From contig OZ059896.1 in assembly GCA_964057225.1 (NCBI GenBank), forward strand, positions 186,001 through 250,000: a stretch of 64,000 nt of DNA. Reading direction: 5' to 3'. The notes beneath the pieces are model-generated. The model did no database searches. It was not told where the DNA came from and saw only the letters and a list, made by a program, of their open reading frames with translations. Below are positions 1 to 11,720 of this stretch, in pieces. Source of the DNA: Auanema rhodensis. Taxonomy: Eukaryota; Animalia; Nematoda. Within the stretch, counting starts at the first letter, position 1. Each line of letters opens with the position of its first letter. Both the position numbers and the translations under genes were made by a program.

Positions 1-176
1 AAAATTTGTTTTTAGACTAATATGGACATGGGGAATCTAATTTTGAAAACCGCATCTCTTTATCTTTCACGTGAAGCGAGTTACATACCAAGTGCACATC
101 ACGTGTACATTTAATTAGCATAAATTAAAGTTCACGTAAATTTCAAAGTCATGGTTACCATGAACCAATATCAATA

Positions 177-2992
177 AAAATTTGTTTTTAGACTAATATG
201 GACATGGGGAATCTAATTTTGAAAACCGCATCTCTTTATCTTTCACGTGAAGCGAGTTACATACCAAGTGCACATCACGTGTACATTTAATTAGCATAAA
301 TTAAAGTTCACGTAAATTTCAAAGTCATGGTTACCATGAACCAATATCAATAAAAATTTGTTTTTAGACTAATATGGACATGGGGAATCTAATTTTGAAA
401 ACCGCATCTCTTTATCTTTCACGTGAAGCGAGTTACATACCAAGTGCACATCACGTGTACATTTAATTAGCATAAATTAAAGTTCACGTAAATTTCAAAG
501 TCATGGTTACCATGCACCAATATCAATAAAAATTTGTTTTTAGACTAATATGGACATGGGGAATCTAATTTTGAAAACCGCATCTCTTCATCTTTCACGT
601 GAAGCGAGTTACATACCAAGTGCACATCACGTGTACATTTAATTAGCATAAATTAAAGTTCACGTAAATTTCAAAGTCATGGTTACCATGCACCAATATC
701 AATAAAAATTTGTTTTTAGACTAATATGGACATGGGGAATCTAATTTTGAAAACCGCATCTCTTTATCTTTCACGTGAAGCGAGTTACATACCAAGTGCA
801 CATCACGTGTACATTTAATTAGCATAAATTAAAGTTCACGTAAATTTCAAAGTCATGGTTACCATGAACCAATATCAATAAAAATTTGTTTTTAGACTAA
901 TATGGACATGGGGAATCTAATTTTGAAAACCGCATCTCTTTATCTTTCACGTGAAGCGAGTTACATACCAAGTGCACATCACGTGTACATTTAATTAGCA
1001 TAAATTAAAGTTCACGTAAATTTCAAAGTCATGGTTACCATGCACTAATATCAATAAAAATTTGTTTTTAAACTAATATGGACATGGGGAATCTAATTTT
1101 GAAAACCGCATCTCTTTATCTTTCACGTGAAGCGAGTTACATACCAAGTGCACATCACGTGTACATTTAATTAGCATAAATTAAAGTTCACGTAAATTTC
1201 AAAGTCATGGTTACCATGCACCAATATCAATAAAAATTTGTTTTTAGACTAATATGGACATGGGGAATCTAATTTTGAAAACCGCATCTCTTTATCTTTC
1301 ACGTGAAGCGAGTTACATACCAAGTGCACATCACGTGTACATTTAATTAGCATAAATTAAAGTTCACGTAAATTTCAAAGTCATGGTTACCATGCACCAA
1401 TATCAATAAAAATTTGTTTTTAGACTAATATGGACATGGGGAATCTAATTTTGAAAACCGCATCTCTTCATCTTTCACGTGAAGCGAGTTACATACCAAG
1501 TGCACATCACGTGTACATTTAATTAGCATAAATTAAAGTTCACGTAAATTTCAAAGTCATGGTTACCATGCACCAATATCAATAAAAATTTGTTTTTAGA
1601 CTAATATGGACATGGGGAATCTAATTTTGAAAACCGCATCTCTTTATCTTTCACGTGAAGCGAGTTACATACCAAGTGCACATCACGTGTACATTTAATT
1701 AGCATAAATTAAAGTTCACGTAAATTTCAAAGTCATGGTTACCATGAACCAATATCAATAAAAATTTGTTTTTAGACTAATATGGACATGGGGAATCTAA
1801 TTTTGAAAACCGCATCTCTTTATCTTTCACGTGAAGCGAGTTACATACCAAGTGCACATCACGTGTACATTTAATTAGCATAAATTAAAGTTCACGTAAA
1901 TTTCAAAGTCATGGTTACCATGCACTAATATCAATAAAAATTTGTTTTTAAACTAATATGGACATGGGGAATCTAATTTTGAAAACCGCATCTCTTTATC
2001 TTTCACGTGAAGCGAGTTACATACCAAGTGCACATCACGTGTACATTTAATTAGCATAAATTAAAGTTCACGTAAATTTCAAAGTCATGGTTACCATGCA
2101 CCAATATCAATAAAAATTTGTTTTTAGACTAATATGGACATGGGGAATCTAATTTTGAAAACCGCATCTCTTTATCTTTCACGTGAAGCGAGTTACATAC
2201 CAAGTGCACATCACGTGTACATTTAATTAGCATAAATTAAAGTTCACGTAAATTTCAAAGTCATGGTTACCATGCACCAATATCAATAAAAATTTGTTTT
2301 TAGACTAATATGGACATGGGGAATCTAATTTTGAAAACCGCATCTCTTTATCTTTCACGTGAAGCGAGTTACATACCAAGTGCACATCACGTGTACATTT
2401 AATTAGCATAAATTAAAGTTCACGTAAATTTCAAAGTCATGGTTACCATGCACCAATATCAATAAAAATTTGTTTTTAGACTAATATGGACAAGTGGAAT
2501 CTAATTTTGAAAACCGCATCTCTTTATCTTTCACGTGAAGCGAGTTACATACCAAGTGCACATCACGTGTACATTTAATTAGCATAAATTAAAGTTCACG
2601 TAAATTTCAAAGTCATGGTTACCATGCACCAATATCAATAAAAATTTGTTTTTAGACTAATATGGACAAGGGGAATCTAATTTTGAAAACCGCATCTCTT
2701 TATTTTTCATGTGAAGCGAGTTACATACCAAGTGCACATCACGTGTACATTTAATTAGCATAAATTAAAGTTCACGTAAATTTCAAAGTCATGGTTACCA
2801 TGCACTAATATCAATAAAAATTTGTTTTTAAACTAATATGGACATGGGGAATCTAATTTTGAAAACCGCATCTCTTTATCTTTCACGTGAAGCGAGTTAC
2901 ATACCAAGTGCACATCACGTGTACATTTAATTAGCATAAATTAAAGTTCACGTAAATTTCAAAGTCATGGTTACCATGCACCAATATCAATA
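177..2992. repeat. Local 5-monomer (880-bp) higher-order repeat, about 3 copies
   Basis: The linked variants CACT (m163-166) and G15A recur at about 1043/1071, 1923/1951 and 2803/2831. T61C occurs at 589 and 1469. All offsets are 880. Confidence 0.88.
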
Positions 2993-3506
2993 AAAATTTG
3001 TTTTTAGACTAATATGGACATGGGGAATCTAATTTTGAAAACCGCATCTCTTTATCTTTCACGTGAAGCGAGTTACATACCAAGTGCACATCACGTGTAC
3101 ATTTAATTAGCATAAATTAAAGTTCACGTAAATTTCAAAGTCATGGTTACCATGAACCAATATCAATAAAAATTTGTTTTTAGACTAATATGGACATGGG
3201 GAATCTAATTTTGAAAACCGCATCTCTTTATCTTTCACGTGAAGCGAGTTACATACCAAGTGCACATCACGTGTACATTTAATTAGCATAAATTAAAGTT
3301 CACGTAAATTTCAAAGTCATGGTTACCATGCACCAATATCAATAAAAATTTGTTTTTAGACTAATATGGACATGGGGAATCTAATTTTGAAAACCGCATC
3401 TCTTTATCTTTCACGTGAAGCGAGTTACATACCAAGTGCACATCACGTGTACATTTAATTAGCATAAATTAAAGTTCACGTAAATTTCAAAGTCATGGTT
3501 ACCATG

Positions 3507-3509
3507 CTG
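3507..3509. other. 3-bp insertion (CTG) producing a single 179-bp monomer
   Basis: accatgCTGaaccaa versus consensus accatgaaccaa; the downstream phase shifts by +3. Confidence 0.93.
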
Positions 3510-5949
3510 AACCAATATCAATAAAAATTTGTTTTTAGACTAATATGGACATGGGGAATCTAATTCTGAAAACCGCATCTCTTCATCTTTTACGTGAAGC
3601 GAGTTACATACCAAGTGCACATCACGTGTACATTTAATTAGCATAAATTAAAGTTCACGTAAATTTCAAAGTCATGGTTACCATGCACCAATATCAATAA
3701 AAATTTGTTTTTAGACTAATATGGACATGGGGAATCTAATTTTGAAAACCGCATCTCTTCATCTTTCACGTGAAGCGAGTTACATACCAAGTGCACATCA
3801 CGTGTACATTTAATTAGCATAAATTAAAGTTCACGTAAATTTCAAAGTCATGGTTACCATGAACCAATATCAATAAAAATTTGTTTTTAGACTAATATGG
3901 ACATGGGGAATCTAATTCTGATAACCGCATCTCTTCATCTTTTACGTGAAGCGAGTTACATACCAAGTGCACATCACGTGTACATTTAATTAGCATAAAT
4001 TAAAATTCACGTAAATTTCAAAGTCATGGTTACCATGAACCAATATCAATAAAAATTTGTTTTTAAACTAATATGGACATGGGGAATCTAATTCTGAAAA
4101 CCGCATCTCTTCATCTTTTACGTGAAGCGAGTTACATACCAAGTGCACATCACGTGTACATTTAATTAGCATAAATTAAAGTTCACGTAAATTTCAAAGT
4201 CATGGTTACCATGCACCAATATCAATAAAAATTTGTTTTTAGACTAATATGGACATGGGGAATCTAATTTTGAAAACCGCATCTCTTTATCTTTCACGTG
4301 AAGCGAGTTACATACCAAGTGCACATCACGTGTACATTTAATTAGCATAAATTAAAGTTCACGTAAATTTCAAAGTCATGGTTACCATGCACCAATATCA
4401 ATAAAAATTTGTTTTTAGACTAATATGGACATGGGGAATCTAATTTTGAAAACCGCATCTCTTCATCTTTCACGTGAAGCGAGTTACATACCAAGTGCAC
4501 ATCACGTGTACATTTAATTAGCATAAATTAAAGTTCACGTAAATTTCAAAGTCATGGTTACCATGCACCAATATCAATAAAAATTTGTTTTTAGACTAAT
4601 ATGGACATGGGGAATCTAATTTTGAAAACCGCATATCTTTATCTTTCACGTGAAGCGAGTTACATACCAAGTGCACATCACGTGTACATTTAATTAGCAT
4701 AAATTAAAGTTCACGTAAATTTCAAAGTCATGGTTACCATGAACCAATATCAATAAAAATTTGTTTTTAGACTAATATGGACATGGGGAATCTAATTTTG
4801 AAAACCGCATCTCTTTATCTTTCACGTGAAGCGAGTTACATACCAAGTGCACATCACGTGTACATTTAATTAGCATAAATTAAAGTTCACGTAAATTTCA
4901 AAGTCATGGTTACCATGAACCAATATCAATGAAAATTTGTTTTTAGACTAATATGGACATGGGGAATCTAATTTTGAAAACCGCATTTCTTTATCTTTCA
5001 CGTGAAGCGAGTTACATACCAAGTGCACATCACGTGTACATTTAATTAGCATAAATTAAAGTTCACGTAAAATTCAAAGTCATGGTTACCATGAACCAAT
5101 ATCAATAAAAATTTGTTTTTAGACTAATATGGACATGGGGAATCTAATTTTGAAAACCGCATCTCTTTATCTTTCACGTGAAGCGAGTTACATACCAAGT
5201 GCACATCACGTGTACATTTAATTAGCATAAATTAAAGTTCACGTAAATTTCAAAGTCATGGTTACCATGAAGCAATATCAATAAAAATTTGTATTTAGAC
5301 TAATATGGACATGGGGAATCTAATTTTGAAAACCGCATCTCTTTATCTTTCACGTGAAGCGAGTTACATACCAAGTGCACATCACGTGTACATTTAATTA
5401 GCATAAATTAAAGTTCACGTAAAATTCAAAGTCATGGTTACCATGAACCAATATCAATAAAAATTTGTTTTTAGACTAATATGGACATGGGGAATCTAAT
5501 TTTGAAAACCGCATCTCTTTATCTTTCACGTGAAGCGAGTTACATACCAAGTGCACATCACGTGTACATTTAATTAGCATAAATTAAAGTTCACGTAAAT
5601 TTCAAAGTCATGGTTACCATGAAGCAATATCAATAAAAATTTGTTTTTAGACTAATATGGACATGGGGAATCTAATTTTGAAAACCGCATCTCTTTATCT
5701 TTCACGTGAAGCGAGTTACATACCAAGTGCACATCACGTGTACATTTAATTAGCATAAATTAAAGTTCACGTAAAATTCAAAGTCATGGTTACCATGAAC
5801 CAATATCAATAAAAATTTGTTTTTAGACTAATATGGACATGGGGAATCTAATTTTGAAAACCGCATCTCTTTATCTTTCACGTGAAGCGAGTTACATACC
5901 AAGTGCACATCACGTGTACATTTAATTAGCATAAATTAAAGTTCACGTA

Positions 5950-8900
5950 AATTTCAAAGTCATGGTTACCATGAAGCAATATCAATAAAAATTTGTTTTT
6001 AGACTAATATGGACATGGGGAATCTAATTTTGAAAACCGCATTTCTTTATCTTTCACGTGAAGCGAGTTACATACCAAGTGCACATCACGTGTACATTTA
6101 ATTAGCATAAATTAAAGTTCACGTAAAATTCAAAGTCATGGTTACCATGAACCAATATCAATAGAAATTTGTTTTTAGACTAATATGGACATGGGGAATC
6201 TAATTTTGAAAACCGCATCTCTTTATCTTTCACGTGAAGCGAGTTACATACCAAGTGCACATCACGTGTACATTTAATTAGCATAAATTAAAGTTCACGT
6301 AAATTTCAAAGTCATGGTTACCATGAAGCAATATCAATAAAAATTTGTATTTAGACTAATATGGACATGGGGAATCTAATTTTGAAAACCGCATCTCTTT
6401 ATCTTTCACGTGAAGCGAGTTACATACCAAGTGCACATCACGTGTACATTTAATTAGCAAAAATTAAAGTTCACGTAAAATTCAAAGTCATGGTTACCAT
6501 GAACCAATATCAATAAAAATTTGTTTTTAGACTAATATGGACATGGGGAATCTAATTTTGAAAACCGCATCTCTTTATCTTTCACGTGAAGCGAGTTACA
6601 TACCAAGTGCACATCACGTGTACATTTAATTAGCATAAATTAAAGTTCACGTAAATTTCAAAGTCATGGTTACCATGAAGCAATATCAATAAAAATTTGT
6701 TTTTAGACTAATATGGACATGGGGAATCTAATTTTGAAAACCGCATCTCTTTATCTTTCACGTGAAGCGAGTTACATACCAAGTGCACATCACGTGTACA
6801 TTTAATTAGCATAAATTAAAGTTCACGTAAATTTCAAAGTCATGGTTACCATGAAGCAATATCAATAAAAATTTGTTTTTAGACTAATATGGACATGAGG
6901 AATCTAATTTTGAAAACCGCATCTCTTTATCTTTCACGTGAAGCGAGTTACATACCAAGTGCACATCACGTGTACATTTAATTAGCATTAATTAAAGTTC
7001 ACGTAAATTTCAAAGTCATGGTTACCATGCACCAATATCAATAAAAATTTGTTTTTAGACTAATATGGACATGGGGAATCTAATTTTGAAAACCGCATCT
7101 CTTTATCTTTCACGTGAAGCGAGTTACATACCAAGTGCACATCACGTGTACATTTAATTAGCATAAATTAAAGTTCACGTAAATTTCAAAGTCATGGTTA
7201 CCATGAAGCAATATCAATAAAAATTTGTTTTTAGACTAATATGGACATGGGGAATCTAATTTTGAAAACCGCATCTCTTTATCTTTCACGTGAAGCGAGT
7301 TACATACCAAGTGCACATCACGTGTACATTTAATTAGCATAAATTAAAGTTCACGTAAATTTCAAAGTCATGGTTACCATGAACCAATATCAATAAAAAT
7401 TTGTTTTTAGACTAATATGGACATGGGGAATCTAATTTTGAAAACCGCATCTCTTTATCTTTCACGTGAAGCGAGTTACATACCAAGTGCACATCACGTG
7501 TACATTTAATTAGCATAAATTAAAGTTCACGTAAATTTCAAAGTCATGGTTACCATGAAGCAATATCAATAAAAATTTGTTTTTAGACTAATATGGACAT
7601 GGGGAATCTAATTTTGAAAACCGCATTTCTTTATCTTTCACGTGAAGCGAGTTACATACCAAGTGCACATCACGTGTACATTTAATTAGCATAAATTAAA
7701 GTTCACGTAAAATTCAAAGTCATGGTTACCATGAACCAATATCAATAGAAATTTGTTTTTAGACTAATATGGACATGGGGAATCTAATTTTGAAAACCGC
7801 ATCTCTTTATCTTTCACGTGAAGCGAGTTACATACCAAGTGCACATCACGTGTACATTTAATTAGCATAAATTAAAGTTCACGTAAATTTCAAAGTCATG
7901 GTTACCATGAAGCAATATCAATAAAAATTTGTATTTAGACTAATATGGACATGGGGAATCTAATTTTGAAAACCGCATCTCTTTATCTTTCACGTGAAGC
8001 GAGTTACATACCAAGTGCACATCACGTGTACATTTAATTAGCAAAAATTAAAGTTCACGTAAAATTCAAAGTCATGGTTACCATGAACCAATATCAATAA
8101 AAATTTGTTTTTAGACTAATATGGACATGGGGAATCTAATTTTGAAAACCGCATCTCTTTATCTTTCACGTGAAGCGAGTTACATACCAAGTGCACATCA
8201 CGTGTACATTTAATTAGCATAAATTAAAGTTCACGTAAATTTCAAAGTCATGGTTACCATGAAGCAATATCAATAAAAATTTGTTTTTAGACTAATATGG
8301 ACATGGGGAATCTAATTTTGAAAACCGCATCTCTTTATCTTTCACGTGAAGCGAGTTACATACCAAGTGCACATCACGTGTACATTTAATTAGCATAAAT
8401 TAAAGTTCACGTAAATTTCAAAGTCATGGTTACCATGAAGCAATATCAATAAAAATTTGTTTTTAGACTAATATGGACATGAGGAATCTAATTTTGAAAA
8501 CCGCATCTCTTTATCTTTCACGTGAAGCGAGTTACATACCAAGTGCACATCACGTGTACATTTAATTAGCATTAATTAAAGTTCACGTAAATTTCAAAGT
8601 CATGGTTACCATGCACCAATATCAATAAAAATTTGTTTTTAGACTAATATGGACATGGGGAATCTAATTTTGAAAACCGCATCTCTTTATCTTTCACGTG
8701 AAGCGAGTTACATACCAAGTGCACATCACGTGTACATTTAATTAGCATAAATTAAAGTTCACGTAAATTTCAAAGTCATGGTTACCATGAAGCAATATCA
8801 ATAAAAATTTGTTTTTAGACTAATATGGACATGGGGAATCTAATTTTGAAAACCGCATCTCTTTATCTTTCACGTGAAGCGAGTTACATACCAAGTGCAC

Positions 8901-9120
8901 ATCACGTGTACATTTAATTAGCATAAATTAAAGTTCACGTAAATTTCAAAGTCATGGTTACCATGAACCAATATCAATAAAAATTTGTTTTTAGACTAAT
9001 ATGGACATGGGGAATCTAATTTTGAAAACCGCATCTCTTTATCTTTCACGTGAAGCGAGTTACATACCAAGTGCACATCACGTGTACATTTAATTAGCAT
9101 AAATTAAAGTTCACGTAAAT
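5950..9120. repeat. Tandem duplication of a 9-monomer block (1584 bp), 2 copies
   Basis: Rare variants are paired at offset 1584: 6164/7748 (atagaaa), 6460/8044 (gcaaaaa), 6898/8482 (catgagg). Confidence 0.9.
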
Positions 9121-9683
9121 TTCAAAGTCATGGTTACCATGAAGCAATATCAATAAAAATTTGTTTTTAGACTAATATGGACATGGGGAATCTAATTTTG
9201 AAAACCGCATCTCTTTATCTTTCACGTGAAGCGAGTTACATACCAAGTGCACATCACGTGTACATTTAATTAGCATTAATTAAAGTTCACGTAAATTTCA
9301 AAGTCATGGTTACCATGAACCAATATCAATAAAAATTTGTTTTTAGACTAATATGGACATGGGGAATCTAATTTTGAAAACCGCATCTCTTTATCTTTCA
9401 CGTGAAGCGAGTTACATACCAAGTGCACATCACGTGTACATTTAATTAGCATAAATTAAAGTTCACGTAAATTTCAAAGTCATGGTTACCATGAAGCAAT
9501 ATCAATAAAAGTTTGTTTTTAGACTAATATGGACATGGGGAATCTAATTTTGAAAACCGCATCTCTTTATCTTTCACGTGAAGCGAGTTACATACCAAGT
9601 GCACATCACGTGTACATTTAATTAGCATTAATTAAAGTTCACGTAAATTTCAAAGTCATGGTTACCATGAACCAATATCAATA

Positions 9684-9783
9684 AAAATTTGTTTTTAGAC
9701 TAATATGGACATGGGGAATCTAATTTTGAAAACCGCGTTCACGTAAATTTCAAAGTCATGGTTACCATGAACCAATATCAATA
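9684..9783. repeat. Truncated 100-bp monomer (deletion of m54-129), copy 1
   Basis: Junction aaaaccgc|gttcacgtaaa at 9736/9737. Confidence 0.96.
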
Positions 9784-11720
9784 AAAATTTGTTTTTAAAC
9801 TAATATGGACATGGGGAATCTAATTCTGAAAACCGCATCTCTTCATCTTTTACGTGAAGCGAGTTACATACCAAGTGCACATCACGTGTACATTTAATTA
9901 GCATAAATTAAAGTTCACGTAAATTTCAAAGTCATGGTTACCATGCACCAATATCAATAAAAATTTGTTTTTAGACTAATATGGACATGGGGAATCTAAT
10001 TTTGAAAACCGCATCTCTTTATCTTTCACGTGAAGCGAGTTACATACCAAGTGCACATCACGTGTACATTTAATTAGCATAAATTAAAGTTCACGTAAAT
10101 TTCAAAGTCATGGTTACCATGCACCAATATCAATAAAAATTTGTTTTTAGACTAATATGGACATGGGGAATCTAATTTTGAAAACCGCATCTCTTCATCT
10201 TTCACGTGAAGCGAGTTACATACCAAGTGCACATCACGTGTACATTTAATTAGCATAAATTAAAGTTCACGTAAATTTCAAAGTCATGGTTACCATGCAC
10301 CAATATCAATAAAAATTTGTTTTTAGACTAATATGGACATGGGGAATCTAATTTTGAAAACCGCATATCTTTATCTTTCACGTGAAGCGAGTTACATACC
10401 AAGTGCACATCACGTGTACATTTAATTAGCATAAATTAAAGTTCACGTAAATTTCAAAGTCATGGTTACCATGAACCAATATCAATAAAAATTTGTTTTT
10501 AGACTAATATGGACATGGGGAATCTAATTTTGAAAACCGCATCTCTTTATCTTTCACGTGAAGCGAGTTACATACCAAGTGCACATCACGTGTACATTTA
10601 ATTAGCATAAATTAAAGTTCACGTAAATTTCAAAGTCATGGTTACCATGAACCAATATCAATGAAAATTTGTTTTTAGACTAATATGGACATGGGGAATC
10701 TAATTTTGAAAACCGCATTTCTTTATCTTTCACGTGAAGCGAGTTACATACCAAGTGCACATCACGTGTACATTTAATTAGCATAAATTAAAGTTCACGT
10801 AAAATTCAAAGTCATGGTTACCATGAACCAATATCAATAAAAATTTGTTTTTAGACTAATATGGACATGGGGAATCTAATTTTGAAAACCGCATCTCTTT
10901 ATCTTTCACGTGAAGCGAGTTACATAGCAAGTGCACATCACGTGTACATTTAATTAGCATAAATTAAAGTTCACGTAAATTTCAAAGTCATGGTTACCAT
11001 GAAGCAATATCAATAAAAATTTGTATTTAGACTAATATGGACATGGGGAATCTAATTTTGAAAACCGCATCTCTTTATCTTTCACGTGAAGCGAGTTACA
11101 TACCAAGTGCACATCACGTGTACATTTAATTAGCATAAATTAAAGTTCACGTAAAATTCAAAGTCATGGTTACCATGAACCAATATCAATAAAAATTTGT
11201 TTTTAGACTAATATGGACATGGGGAATCTAATTTTGAAAACCGCATCTCTTTATCTTTCACGTGAAGCGAGTTACATACCAAGTGCACATCACGTGTACA
11301 TTTAATTAGCATAAATTAAAGTTCACGTAAATTTCAAAGTCATGGTTACCATGAAGCAATATCAATAAAAATTTGTTTTTAGACTAATATGGACATGGGG
11401 AATCTAATTTTGAAAACCGCATCTCTTTATCTTTCACGTGAAGCGAGTTACATACCAAGTGCACATCACGTGTACATTTAATTAGCATAAATTAAAGTTC
11501 ACGTAAAATTCAAAGTCATGGTTACCATGAACCAATATCAATAAAAATTTGTTTTTAGACTAATATGGACATGGGGAATCTAATTTTGAAAACCGCATCT
11601 CTTTATCTTTCACGTGAAGCGAGTTACATACCAAGTGCACATCACGTGTACATTTAATTAGCATAAATTAAAGTTCACGTAAATTTCAAAGTCATGGTTA
11701 CCATGAAGCAATATCAATAA
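9737..11720. repeat. Second copy of the block at about 4010-5990 (a third copy lies at about 13983-16100)
   Basis: Markers at offset 5732 (32x176+100): G15A 4066/9798, C56A 4635/10367, A176G 4931/10663. The third copy has them at 14396, 14789 and 15085. Confidence 0.88.

Noticed and set aside
22-114. Short ORF in each monomer (MDMGNLILKTASLYLSREASYIPSAHHVYI*, 30 aa)
   Set aside because: A chance-length ORF with no recognisable domain. Stop codons occur in all six frames within every monomer and 176 is not a multiple of 3, so no long repeat protein is possible.
154-169. RFX X-box-like GTTACCATG
   Set aside because: Only a half-site is present. The second half (RGYAAC) is not matched in any common allele.
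1-176. Identity with known satellites of about 171-178 bp (alpha satellite, Arabidopsis CEN178, Brassica CentBr, honeybee AluI family)
   Set aside because: Only the length is similar. I see no recognisable sequence similarity, and the monomer lacks HindIII (AAGCTT) and AluI (AGCT) sites. A database search is needed for any assignment.
1-176. CENP-B box
   Set aside because: No TTCG-N4-A-N2-CGGG match on either strand of the consensus.
98-176. Budding-yeast point centromere (CDEI-CDEII-CDEIII)
   Set aside because: Only the 8-bp CDEI-like motif matches. The downstream sequence is not a more than 90% AT tract of about 80 bp, there is no CDEIII CCGAA core, and point centromeres are not tandemly arrayed.
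1-176. Tandem 5S rRNA, tRNA, snRNA or spliced-leader gene array; telomeric repeat
   Set aside because: No recognisable Pol III A/B/C boxes, cloverleaf or conserved RNA sequence, and no short G-rich telomeric unit.
173-189. AATAAA followed by a T/G-rich tract (polyadenylation-like signal)
   Set aside because: Expected by chance in 68% AT DNA, the spacing to the T-rich tract is too short, and there is no transcript evidence.
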